Origin: Pseudomonadota bacterium
Lineage (GTDB): Bacteria > Myxococcota > JACRCW01 > JAFGSX01
Assembly: GCA_043821645.1 (NCBI GenBank)
Contig: JBDRCO010000106.1
Span: forward strand, 1 to 60,369
DNA length: 60,369 nucleotides
Reading direction: 5' to 3'
A model generated the notes under the pieces. That model was not told the DNA's origin. It saw only the letters and a program-made list of their open reading frames with translations, and did not search any database. A program made the position numbers and the translations under genes. Below are positions 38,579 through 47,481 of the stretch, piece by piece (positions within the stretch are counted from its first letter, which is position 1; each line of letters opens with the position of its first letter).

Positions 38579-39265
38579 ATGAGGTCGAGGGGTCAGCTCG
38601 CGGCTGCGGGCGTTCTGTGCAGCCTGTGCCTGGGGTGGAGCCAGCCAGCGCGCGCGGCCGGCGACGATGGTCTTGACCAGGTCGGCACCACCATGTGGGT
38701 GATCAGCGTCGCCGAGTTCGCCTTGCTGGGAACCCTGCTCGGCCTCGGTGCCCTCAGTGCTCTCGGCGGCGGCAGAGGCAGCGGAGACCTGGGTCTGGGC
38801 CTTGTCGGAACACCCCTGATCCTGGGTATTGGCGCCGGCTACGCGAGCATGCAGGACGACTGGGATCCGCACATCGCTGGCGCCATGCACCAGGGTCTGT
38901 GGACGGGTGCCGCCCTGACAGGCTGGGGCGTGCTGCTGGGCCAGCAGATCGACGAGAGCTCGCCCTGGCCCTCGGTGGCCATGGCGGTGGGGCTGGGAGC
39001 GCTCGGGGTGCTGGGCGGGGCGGCCGTTGGCGGGCTGCTCGTCGACAGCGAGAACGAGATGTGGATGGTCTACGCCGCGCCCGTGGCCAGTGGCGCCGCG
39101 GTCCTGGTCACCTGGTTGACCCTGCTGGTCATGGAGGGAGCCACCGGCGAGCCACCGCTGGAGGATCGCGCACTGGCCACCACCCTGGTGGCCGCGGCCA
39201 CAGCGCCGTTGCTCGTCGGCACCCTCGGCGTCGTCGCGCTCAGCGTCATGCAAGCGATCGAGTGA
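38579..39265 (+). CDS. Hypothetical Gly-rich membrane protein
   Basis: GGAGA RBS, signal peptide and several Gly/Leu-rich helices. Confidence 0.55.
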   Translation: MRSRGQLAAAGVLCSLCLGWSQPARAAGDDGLDQVGTTMWVISVAEFALLGTLLGLGALSALGGGRGSGDLGLGLVGTPLILGIGAGYASMQDDWDPHIAGAMHQGLWTGAALTGWGVLLGQQIDESSPWPSVAMAVGLGALGVLGGAAVGGLLVDSENEMWMVYAAPVASGAAVLVTWLTLLVMEGATGEPPLEDRALATTLVAAATAPLLVGTLGVVALSVMQAIE

Positions 39266-39273
39266 TCCCGTCC

Positions 39274-40098
39274 TCAGTTGCCCGCGCACAGCTCCTGGGT
39301 CCGGGTGTCCCAGTCCAGCAGACCATTGAGAATGGTGTCGATGATCCAGTTGTCGTCGGTGGAAGCATTGACGCCGTGAAAGGCCATGTGCCGCCACACC
39401 GGATAGAAGTGGGCGATGCGGCCAGGCGTGGGTTCGTAAAAGAGCTCGAGCTGGAAGTCGAACAGGTACTCGTTGGCGTCGGTGTCAAAGTACTCGGCAG
39501 GGTCCGGCATGTAGATGCGTGAGAGGATGGCCGGGCCGTAGGCGAGTTCGACGCTGTCGTCGGCGCCGATGTAGCGCAGGCCTCCCTTGCTGTGCGCGCC
39601 GTACTTGGCCGCGGGCATGGGCGTGGCCTCGTAGTACATGTCCCAGGTGATGGTGTTGCTCTGCCTCGATGTGTAGTCGTCGAGCGATGACGTGTAGGTG
39701 CGCTGGTACGTATCGTAGACCTCGGGATACTTCTCGGCCTGGTTGAGGTCGTACAGGATCTTCTCCAGCTTGATCAGGTCGCAGTCGAACATGTTGGTCA
39801 CGAACATGCCCTGGGCCGGCTTGGGATCGCGATCCTGCATGTCCACCACGGCGAGCTCGTCGCGGGTCAGGTCCTTGAGCAGCCCGCGGTCTTGCTCGCT
39901 GAAGGTGTCAAAGGCATTGGCCTTGTGCACCTTGCGCATGGCATCGACCATGGCTGTGTCATCCGCCTGCAGGTAGTTCACCCACAGCCAGTGCGCGATG
40001 CCGTTGATGTCTTCGGGCGCCGGTTCCAGTGGCGGCTCGCAGGCAAACATGGACCAGAGCAACAGCCCCCCTGCTGCCAGGATCCTGCTTTGGCGCAT
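39274..40098 (-). CDS. Hypothetical lipoprotein
   Basis: Lipobox SMFAC and GC3-rich coding pattern; divergent from ddl. Confidence 0.65.
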   Translation of the reverse strand: MRQSRILAAGGLLLWSMFACEPPLEPAPEDINGIAHWLWVNYLQADDTAMVDAMRKVHKANAFDTFSEQDRGLLKDLTRDELAVVDMQDRDPKPAQGMFVTNMFDCDLIKLEKILYDLNQAEKYPEVYDTYQRTYTSSLDDYTSRQSNTITWDMYYEATPMPAAKYGAHSKGGLRYIGADDSVELAYGPAILSRIYMPDPAEYFDTDANEYLFDFQLELFYEPTPGRIAHFYPVWRHMAFHGVNASTDDNWIIDTILNGLLDWDTRTQELCAGN

Positions 40099-40305
40099 CG
40101 GTCTCGCTCCCTCGCCGATCGGTGTGAAAACCGGTGAACGAGGTTGAGTATACCTCCGCTGCTCGCCCGTGCTCCCCCCGGGCTTCACTTTCATGACGCA
40201 CTGCACCTGCTCACGGTGGCCTCGCAATTGCCGCTGCTCTCGGATTAAATGCGCTGCTGGTCCCGTTAGGTATCGCGGATCCCCATCCGCTGGAGGTTCT
40301 CGTCC

Positions 40306-41418
40306 ATGCCCACACCGCTGCGTGTTGCCGTGCTGTTTGGAGGCAAGTCGGGCGAGCACGAGGTCTCGTGCACCTCGTCGCGGGCCGTGATCCAGGCCCT
40401 GCAATCCATGCCCGAGCACTACACTGTCGTCCCCGTGGGCATCACGCGCCACGGGCGCTGGGTCAGTGGCGGCGAGGATTTGCTCGAGCTGCTGCGCCAG
40501 ACCGAGGGCTACAAGCCCCTCCCGGACACGGCACGGGCGCTGCCCACCGTGTACCCTGATCCGGCGGGAGGCGCCTTCATCTCCGTCGACAGCTCGGGCA
40601 AGGTCGAGCGCATCGAGATCGATGCCGTGTTCCCTGTGCTGCACGGCCCCAACGGCGAGGATGGGACCGTGCAGGGCCTGCTCGAGGTGGCGGACGTTCC
40701 TTATGTCGGCTGCGGTGTGCTGGCCTCGTCGCTGGCCATGGACAAGGTCGTGGCCAAGGCCGTGTTTCACGCCGCGGGGCTGCCGGTCATGCCGTGGGTG
40801 GATTTTCTGGGACCGCAGTGGCGTGGCGACGAGAAGACGTGGAGCGAGCGCGTCGAGAAGGAACTCGGCTATCCCTGCTTCGTCAAGCCAGCCAACATGG
40901 GTTCCAGCGTCGGCATCACCAAGGTGCACGAGCGCAGCGAACTCGGACCGGCGGTGGTCGAAGCCCTGCGCCACGATCGCAAGGTACTGGTCGAGAAAGC
41001 TGCGACCGAGATCCATGAGATCGAGTGTGCCGTCCTTGGCAACGACTCCCCCGAGGCCTCGGTGCCAGGCGAGATCGTGCCCTGCAAGGAGTTCTACGAC
41101 TACGAGGCCAAGTACCTGGCCGATGGCTCCAAGATCCTGATCCCGGCTCCCATTGCCGCTGACAAGATCGCGCGTGTCCGCGATCTGGCCGTGAAGGCCT
41201 TTCGTGCTGTCGACGGCAGCGGCATGGCACGCGTCGATTTCTTCGTCGACAAGGCCGGCGACGGCATCTGGCTCAACGAGATCAACACCATCCCTGGCTT
41301 CACGCCCATCAGCATGTACCCCAAGATGTGGCAAGCCAGCGGCATCAGCTTCAACGGCCTAGTGCACCGCCTGATCCAGCTGGCCATCGAGCGCCACCAG
41401 GTGAGAGCCCATTCCTGA
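40306..41418 (+). CDS. ddl: D-alanine--D-alanine ligase
   Basis: GGKSGEHEVS, LHGPNGEDG, VKPANMGSSVG, FYDYEAKY, ARVDFF and NEINTIPG. Confidence 0.96.
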   Translation: MPTPLRVAVLFGGKSGEHEVSCTSSRAVIQALQSMPEHYTVVPVGITRHGRWVSGGEDLLELLRQTEGYKPLPDTARALPTVYPDPAGGAFISVDSSGKVERIEIDAVFPVLHGPNGEDGTVQGLLEVADVPYVGCGVLASSLAMDKVVAKAVFHAAGLPVMPWVDFLGPQWRGDEKTWSERVEKELGYPCFVKPANMGSSVGITKVHERSELGPAVVEALRHDRKVLVEKAATEIHEIECAVLGNDSPEASVPGEIVPCKEFYDYEAKYLADGSKILIPAPIAADKIARVRDLAVKAFRAVDGSGMARVDFFVDKAGDGIWLNEINTIPGFTPISMYPKMWQASGISFNGLVHRLIQLAIERHQVRAHS

Positions 41419-41480
41419 GGCTGGTACGCGGCTCTATTGTCTCCTAATCTCGCCCGGCACCTGTCGCAGGGGGGTCGTCC

Positions 41481-41801
41481 ATGAAGCCCGTTCTTCGCCC
41501 TCTTCTCCGCGGGGTGCTCACCTCGCTTCTCCTCATCGTGGCGCTCGGTTCGAGCCTGGCCTCGCTGACTCTTGCCGGGCCCTCGAGCAGCGAATGCCAG
41601 GAGCTGTGCGACTGGGCCGCCCAGGTCTGCACCGGAGACCAGGGCTGCATGGAGGACTGTCTGGGATCCAGTACTGCCGAGATCGACGACGCGCGGTCGC
41701 GATGCCTGGGTGACACGCCCTCGACCTGCAAGAGCGCCAACTGCTGTCTTAAATTCACCTACGATGCCGAGTACTGGCAACAGAACTGCTACGGCAACTG
41801 A
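41481..41801 (+). CDS. Small exported Cys-rich protein (10 Cys)
   Basis: Hydrophobic N-terminus followed by CQELC..C..CMEDC..C..C..CC..C. Confidence 0.6.
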   Translation: MKPVLRPLLRGVLTSLLLIVALGSSLASLTLAGPSSSECQELCDWAAQVCTGDQGCMEDCLGSSTAEIDDARSRCLGDTPSTCKSANCCLKFTYDAEYWQQNCYGN

Positions 41802-41929
41802 GCACTGTTCCGACGGATCCGGTGAGGCATTGAACAGCCGCGCTGTCACCGCGTCTCACAATGGGCTAGAGTGCCTCCCCGGCGCGACGCATTGCCGCGC
41901 CATAGGGGGCTCGCACCCGGGAGGTCACC

Positions 41930-42391
41930 ATGAACATGTTGCTCCTGTGCTCTGCGATGAGCGTGCTGCCAGCCGGCGGTCTGATCGGGAACCCTGACGT
42001 GGAGGTGGTCAAGGCCAAGGCAGCCCCCACCCAGCTGCAGTTCGAGGTCGAACCCGCCAACGTCATCATCTTCGTCGACAACAAGAAGAAGGGTGTGGCC
42101 AAGAAGCTCAAGGCGGTGAACGTCAAGCCAGGCACCCACACGGTCAAGCTGGTGTGGAACAAGGACGAGACCGAGTTCGACATCAAGGTCGAAAAGGGCA
42201 GGACCGTCGTCGTCAAGTATGCCTTCGAGGACTCTGGCAAGGAGAACACGCCTCCTGCAGAAGAGACACCGCCCCCTGCCGAGGACAACAAGAAGAAGGA
42301 CGCACCCAAGGGGAAGCAGGACAAGGCCCCATCACCGCCACCGGACGACGACGAGCCCGGGGACGACCTGGACTCCGATATCCCTCGCTGA
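41930..42391 (+). CDS. PEGA-domain protein
   Basis: GGAGGT RBS; VEPANVIIFVD..VKPGTHTVKL..KVEKG and an acidic Pro-rich tail. Confidence 0.7.
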   Translation: MNMLLLCSAMSVLPAGGLIGNPDVEVVKAKAAPTQLQFEVEPANVIIFVDNKKKGVAKKLKAVNVKPGTHTVKLVWNKDETEFDIKVEKGRTVVVKYAFEDSGKENTPPAEETPPPAEDNKKKDAPKGKQDKAPSPPPDDDEPGDDLDSDIPR

Positions 42392-42508
42392 GTGCCCCGC
42401 GCACCCCGTCCAGTGACTGCCTGATCTCGCGACCCCGTGGCAGCTCGCGCTGGTCGCCTGCACACGCTATCATCGAGCACAGCACTAAGCATTGACGAGG
42501 GCCTGCGC

Positions 42509-43219
42509 ATGCCACGTCTCGCTCGGACACTGCTCGCGATCGCCCTCACCTGGCTGGCCCTGGCAGGCTGCAACCTCGCGGTGGAACCAGTCGATACAGC
42601 GCCTGGTCCCGACCCGCTGGAGCACCGAGATGCGGGGCTGGATGCCTGGGGTCTCGACCACGATGCGGTCAGTGCGCCAGACCAGGGCCTGACCGACACG
42701 ACGAGCGCGTCAGACCGATCCAGCGCCTCGGACCGGAGCAGCGTTTCGGATCCAGGCGACACAGTCGACGCGGTCATGGCTGAGGACGCGGTGGCCATGG
42801 ATCAGCCTGTCCTCGTCGACGCGCTCAGCACTGCGGACACAGGAGCCCCGGACTCGGACGCCTCGACCGAAGATGCGGCCGTGTCGCCCTGGTGCACGGC
42901 ACCAACGCCCACCCTCGTGGGTTTGAGCCCCCAGGAGCTGCACGACAGGCTCCCCACCAAGGACTTCTTGCTCATCAACGTCGCCGACAGCACGGGGCCA
43001 CAGATCCCCGGCACCGACACCTTCATCGACTACCGCGACGTCGACGGACTGGTCGCCTACATCGGCAGCGCCCTCGACACCCAGGTGGTGTTGTACTGCC
43101 AGAGCGGCAACCGCTCGTCGCAGGCGGGCAATGCCCTGATCGGCAGAGGCTACTGTTCGATCCGCCACCTGCTGGGCGGGCGCAGCGCCTGGAGTAACGC
43201 GGGCTACACCTTCGAGTGA
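42509..43219 (+). CDS. Rhodanese-domain lipoprotein
   Basis: Lipobox LAGC, Asp-rich linker, active-site loop YCQSGNRS and LLGGRSAW. Confidence 0.8.
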   Translation: MPRLARTLLAIALTWLALAGCNLAVEPVDTAPGPDPLEHRDAGLDAWGLDHDAVSAPDQGLTDTTSASDRSSASDRSSVSDPGDTVDAVMAEDAVAMDQPVLVDALSTADTGAPDSDASTEDAAVSPWCTAPTPTLVGLSPQELHDRLPTKDFLLINVADSTGPQIPGTDTFIDYRDVDGLVAYIGSALDTQVVLYCQSGNRSSQAGNALIGRGYCSIRHLLGGRSAWSNAGYTFE

Positions 43220-43226
43220 GGGTCGC

Positions 43227-44357
43227 TCACCCCCCGTCGTCCGCCATGGCAGGCTCGGTACTCAGGGCTTGCTGTCCGGCCAGGATGCGTCGGTAGTAGG
43301 CGAGCAGCAGGCAGGTCATGGGCAGGGCGATGAGCAGACCGAGCATACCCAGCAGCTTGCCCCACACCGACAGCGACAGCAGGATCATGGCAGGCGACAG
43401 ACCCGTGACCTTGCCCATGATGCGCGGTACCAGGACAGCATCCTGCACGACCTGGGCGACCACGAACACGCCGCCGGTGAGCCCGAGCACCAGCCAGAGA
43501 TTGGATCCCGTCTCGAGAGCGTGGATCACGGCCAGCAAGGCCGCCGGCAACAGGGCCACGATCTGCAGGTAGGGCACCATGTTGAGCAGACCCACGAAGA
43601 GGCCAAACAGGATGCCCAGAGGCAGGCCGATCAGGGTGAAGCCAATGGCGCAGACCACGCCCACCGCGGCGGCAATCACCGCCTGGGCCCTGAAGTAGCG
43701 GTTCATGGCGAGGTCGAAGTCGCGCGCGAAGAGGACCACGCGCTGCCGGTAGCCCTCGGGGATGAGGTCCTGCCAGCCCTCGCGCACGCGCTGGTAGTCC
43801 ATGAGCAGGAACACCACGTACAGCACGATCACCGTCAAGCCGACCAGGCCCAGCACCAGACTGGTCGCGCCGCTGAGCAGACCCCACACGCCTGGCAGGA
43901 CCTTCTGCCCGACGACGCTGGCCAGCTTGTAGGCGTTGTCCGCGCTGAACATCTCTTGCACGTCAGGTCGCGCGAGCAGGTCGCGCACCGCCAGCCACAG
44001 GTCCGGAGGCAGGCGGTCCTGCGCGGTCTGGGCCAGGGTCGAATTGCTCACCAGCTGCGAGATCAGGCGACCCGCGTGCGCCACCTCACCCAGCACCAGG
44101 GGCACCACGATGGCGACGGCGATCAGCCCTGTCAGGGTGACACCGACAAGACTCAGGGCCACGGCTGCAGCGCGCCCCGGCACCTTGCGCTGCACCAGGG
44201 TGACCAGGGGGTCGAGCAGGTAGGCCAGCAGCAGGGCCACGGCGAAGGGCACCAGGACGTCGGCGAGAACGTGCAGCAACCAGAACAGCCCCACGGCGGC
44301 GGCAGCGCTCAGAGTCAGGCGGACCAAGCGATCCAGGGTGTAGCGCTGTGGCTCCAT
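43227..44357 (-). CDS. AI-2E family transporter
   Basis: LAYLLDPLV, YFRAQ, LNMVPY, PRIMG and GLLIALP. Confidence 0.88.
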   Translation of the reverse strand: MEPQRYTLDRLVRLTLSAAAAVGLFWLLHVLADVLVPFAVALLLAYLLDPLVTLVQRKVPGRAAAVALSLVGVTLTGLIAVAIVVPLVLGEVAHAGRLISQLVSNSTLAQTAQDRLPPDLWLAVRDLLARPDVQEMFSADNAYKLASVVGQKVLPGVWGLLSGATSLVLGLVGLTVIVLYVVFLLMDYQRVREGWQDLIPEGYRQRVVLFARDFDLAMNRYFRAQAVIAAAVGVVCAIGFTLIGLPLGILFGLFVGLLNMVPYLQIVALLPAALLAVIHALETGSNLWLVLGLTGGVFVVAQVVQDAVLVPRIMGKVTGLSPAMILLSLSVWGKLLGMLGLLIALPMTCLLLAYYRRILAGQQALSTEPAMADDGG

Positions 44358-44358
44358 C

Positions 44359-45033
44359 TCAGCCCCCTGCCCTGGCCTGGCTCCAGTCGAGGATGGGCCA
44401 GCCCCGTCGTCGCGCCAGGCGCCCCAGGCGAAGATCCGGCTGCACCACGCGCGGGTTCTGCACGCGCTCCAGCATGGGCAGGTCGGTGATGCTGTCGGTA
44501 TAAAAAAAGCTCCGGTCGATGTCGATGCCGTGCTCCGCGGCGAAGCGCTCGGCATGCACGACCTTGCCCGCGCCGTAGCAAAGTGGTCGCACCACGTCGC
44601 CCGTGAACCGTCCCTCGACAACCTGGTAACGCGTGCTTAGCCAGGCATCCAGACCGAAGTGCGCCGTCGCCGCTTCGGACTCGTAGGGTGACGAGGCCGT
44701 GAGCAGGACGCACAGGTGTCCCTGATCGCGATGGTCTTGCAGGGCCGCTCGCGCCCCCGGTGCCTCGTGCTGCTTGACCTCGCGATCAAACCAGTCCCGG
44801 GTCCGGCTGCGCACCGTGTCCTCGTCGACACCTTTGACCGTCTGCAGAGCCTTGACCATCACGCCGTCCATGTCGACCGCGTGCAGCGAGTAGGCGAACA
44901 GGTAAAAGGTCGCCTCGACCATCTGCCAGGCGCTGACGCGTTTTTCCTGCCGTTCGCGCTCGAGCCACAGCCTGCCGCTGTTGACCGTGATCAGGGTGCG
45001 ATCGAGATCGAAGAAAGCAGCGATGCGGCTCAT
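44359..45033 (-). CDS. HAD-IB family hydrolase (SerB-like)
   Basis: FFDLDRTL, LTAS, GKV and YTDSITDLPML. Confidence 0.88.
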   Translation of the reverse strand: MSRIAAFFDLDRTLITVNSGRLWLERERQEKRVSAWQMVEATFYLFAYSLHAVDMDGVMVKALQTVKGVDEDTVRSRTRDWFDREVKQHEAPGARAALQDHRDQGHLCVLLTASSPYESEAATAHFGLDAWLSTRYQVVEGRFTGDVVRPLCYGAGKVVHAERFAAEHGIDIDRSFFYTDSITDLPMLERVQNPRVVQPDLRLGRLARRRGWPILDWSQARAGG

Positions 45034-45064
45034 GCCGGGCTCCTGGGTGACGCCGGTGGCCACC

Positions 45065-45469
45065 TCACCCGCCGCGCCCGCCCTCGCCGAAGAAATTGAC
45101 GCTATCGTATAGCTCCACATCTGCACCGTACATGCGCACCTCGTCGTGGTGCACCACGAAGGTCGCCTGCTCGCCGAAGTTCTTGCTGAAGTACACCCGC
45201 TGGGGCTCGCCCTCCTCGTCCAGGCGCAGCACGTGGCACAGGTTGCGGCTGACCGGGCTGGTCAAGTCCTCGCCACACACCGGGCAGGCTAGCTGCACCC
45301 GGTCGCCCTCGCTGAGGACCAGATCGTCGCCGACAATGGTCTTGTAGTTGCCCACCTGCGGGCTGAGCAGGACCAGACCCCGCTTGCGGCCATGCCCAAT
45401 GCGAAGCACGACCTTGTTGCCCGGGTTGAGCGAGGCCTTGCAGTGAGGGCACCGGTAGCTGTTGGACAT
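45065..45469 (-). CDS. Hypothetical protein with two CxxC motifs (Zn-ribbon-like)
   Basis: GAGGAG RBS; CPHC and CPVC. Confidence 0.65.
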   Translation of the reverse strand: MSNSYRCPHCKASLNPGNKVVLRIGHGRKRGLVLLSPQVGNYKTIVGDDLVLSEGDRVQLACPVCGEDLTSPVSRNLCHVLRLDEEGEPQRVYFSKNFGEQATFVVHHDEVRMYGADVELYDSVNFFGEGGRGG

Positions 45470-45620
45470 GCAGGCTCTCCTCGCGGCGCTGGATCGATGA
45501 CGACGGAGCGTTGAACCTGGCACAGCCCGCTGCCCGGGACAAGGGCCCTTCTTGACCACGCGGGGCTTCCCGGCGGCGCAGGTCGTGCGCCCTCAACAGG
45601 ACAGCAGCGCATTGACGACG

Positions 45621-46652
45621 TCAAACAGGTCCCGAATGTTCCAACAATCGCCACAGGCATGCGGGCTCACCGAGCCGCGCTCCGTCCGTGTCATGGAGCG
45701 TGCCGCGGGTCGCCACGGTGCGGCCTGGACAGCCTCCGCGACAGCTCGCGATGCTTTCGCAGCCCGCGCAGGCGCCACCGGGCAGCTGGGCCGCCAGCTC
45801 CCGCTGCACGCGCTGCATGGCCTCGCCGAAGAGGATCTCGTGCACGAGCCGGGTGCGCGTGTTGCCCGCGAGGTAGTCCGGAAACATGAGCGCCGTGCAG
45901 GGGTACACGTCGCCCACGGCGGTGATGTAGGCCATGCGCTGGCCAGCATGGCAGCGGAACATCGAGTGGCCAGGGTAAGCTCCGGTGGGGCAGTCGACGA
46001 TCAGGTCGAGACCCGGACGCGTCTGCTCGCGCGCCACCACCTCGAAGAAGCGGCGCACCTGCTCGCTGGACCAGGCCTGCTCGTCGTATCCCTGTCCGGC
46101 CGCGCGCCCCACCGGCGCCCACAGCGTGTAGCGCAGGCCAGTGACGCCGAGCTGGCGAGCCAGCGCGATCATGGGCTCGATCTCGCCCGCGGTCTCAGGT
46201 GCCAGCAGGGTGCACAGGTAGGTCTCGAGCCCCTGGCGCATCCCCTCCTGGGCCGCCTCGATGGCGCGCTCGTAGGCGCGGCTTGGCCCCACGCGCAGGC
46301 GCCGGGCGGCCTCGGCGGTGACCCCGTCGAGGCTCACCTGCAGCACGCCCAGACCGTTGATTCTGAGCGCACGCAGGCGTTCGGCGCTGGCAAGCAGGCC
46401 GTTGCTGGCCAGCCCCACCGCCATGCCACAGCGTGACGCCAGCCAGGTCAGGGCGTCGAGATCGTCGCGCAGCAGCGGCTCGCCGCCCGACCAGCCCAGG
46501 GTGTCGACGCCGCAGGCGGCGAGATCGCGGATCAGGGCGCCCGCCTCGGCGGTATCCATCTCGTCGTCACGGGGCCGCCCGGCGTCGACGAAGCAGTGCC
46601 GGCACTTGAAGTTGCAGCGCCGCGTGATCTCGAGGCCGACGGTGAAGCGCAC
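45621..46652 (-). CDS. Radical SAM protein with SPASM domain
   Basis: CNFKCRHC, SGGEPL and VSLDG. SPASM C-x17-C (CHAG..GDVYPC), Cx2Cx5Cx3C and a terminal Cys. Confidence 0.9.
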   Translation of the reverse strand: MRFTVGLEITRRCNFKCRHCFVDAGRPRDDEMDTAEAGALIRDLAACGVDTLGWSGGEPLLRDDLDALTWLASRCGMAVGLASNGLLASAERLRALRINGLGVLQVSLDGVTAEAARRLRVGPSRAYERAIEAAQEGMRQGLETYLCTLLAPETAGEIEPMIALARQLGVTGLRYTLWAPVGRAAGQGYDEQAWSSEQVRRFFEVVAREQTRPGLDLIVDCPTGAYPGHSMFRCHAGQRMAYITAVGDVYPCTALMFPDYLAGNTRTRLVHEILFGEAMQRVQRELAAQLPGGACAGCESIASCRGGCPGRTVATRGTLHDTDGARLGEPACLWRLLEHSGPV

Positions 46653-46691
46653 GATGGTCAGGTGTCAGGATGCTGGGGCCCGCGTCGCCGC

Positions 46692-47411
46692 TCAGCCATC
46701 CTTGCGACGAGTCCGCTTGCGCGAACTGGGAGCGACGATGCCGATGGGCTTGCGCGCCCTGCCTTTGCGACCCTTCTTGCCCGTGCCCGGGGGCGGCATG
46801 ATGTTCATGGGCCCGTCGTGACCCGTCCCCGGCGGCGGCATGATGTACAGCGGTCCGTCGTGGCCGGTTCCCGGAGGCGGCATGATGTAGATCGGTCCGT
46901 CGTGACCCGTCCCTGGCGGCGGCAGGATGTACAGCGGTCCGTCATGGCCGGTGCCTGGAGGCGGCATGATGCCGATGGGACCGCCACCCGTGCCCGGGCG
47001 CGTGCGCCCGTCGGGCGCGATGATGTAGTACGGCCCATCCGTGCCCGGACGTCCACCCGGGGGCATGATGAAGATGGGCTCACCGCCCGATCCCGGCCCC
47101 TTGCCCTGTTGCTTGGCCTGGGCCTCGATCTGCGTGCGATTGAAGCTCCGCGCCGGCTTGTGCTGCGCGCCGGGCGTCTGCTTCTGCAGACCGTCGAGGC
47201 TGTCTCCCTTGTTTCCGAGGTTGAAGGTCTTGCCAGCGACCGTGAAGCTGTCCGGAAACTCGAGCGTGGTGCCCGGCTTCACGTCCTTGGCGCTCTTCAG
47301 CTGGTTGAGCTGGGCGACCTGCTTGGCCGCTTCGGCCACATGCTTGGCCGGCACGCCTTTGTCGCGCAGGATCTGAGACAGGTTCTGACCCTTCTTGACC
47401 GAGACCTTCAT
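46692..47411 (-). CDS. LysM-like protein with C-terminal 14-aa tandem repeats (candidate radical SAM substrate or precursor)
   Basis: GGGGAGGT RBS; VKKGQNLSQI..LNQL..VKPGTTLEFP is LysM-like; repeats IMPPPGTGHDGP[LIM][YN]; basic tail. Confidence 0.75.
   Translation of the reverse strand: MKVSVKKGQNLSQILRDKGVPAKHVAEAAKQVAQLNQLKSAKDVKPGTTLEFPDSFTVAGKTFNLGNKGDSLDGLQKQTPGAQHKPARSFNRTQIEAQAKQQGKGPGSGGEPIFIMPPGGRPGTDGPYYIIAPDGRTRPGTGGGPIGIMPPPGTGHDGPLYILPPPGTGHDGPIYIMPPPGTGHDGPLYIMPPPGTGHDGPMNIMPPPGTGKKGRKGRARKPIGIVAPSSRKRTRRKDG
46779..46970 (-). repeat. Coding tandem repeat, ~4.6 x 42 bp (IMPPPGTGHDGPLY consensus), with degenerate copies to ~47080
   Basis: I[ML]PPPGTG occurs five times at 42-bp spacing, with synonymous variation between copies. 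Confidence 0.9.
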
Positions 47412-47481
47412 GGTGGACCTCCCCGACACACCCCGGATGGGGGACATGCATACTATCCTGGAACAGAAGAATCTGGCGAGG

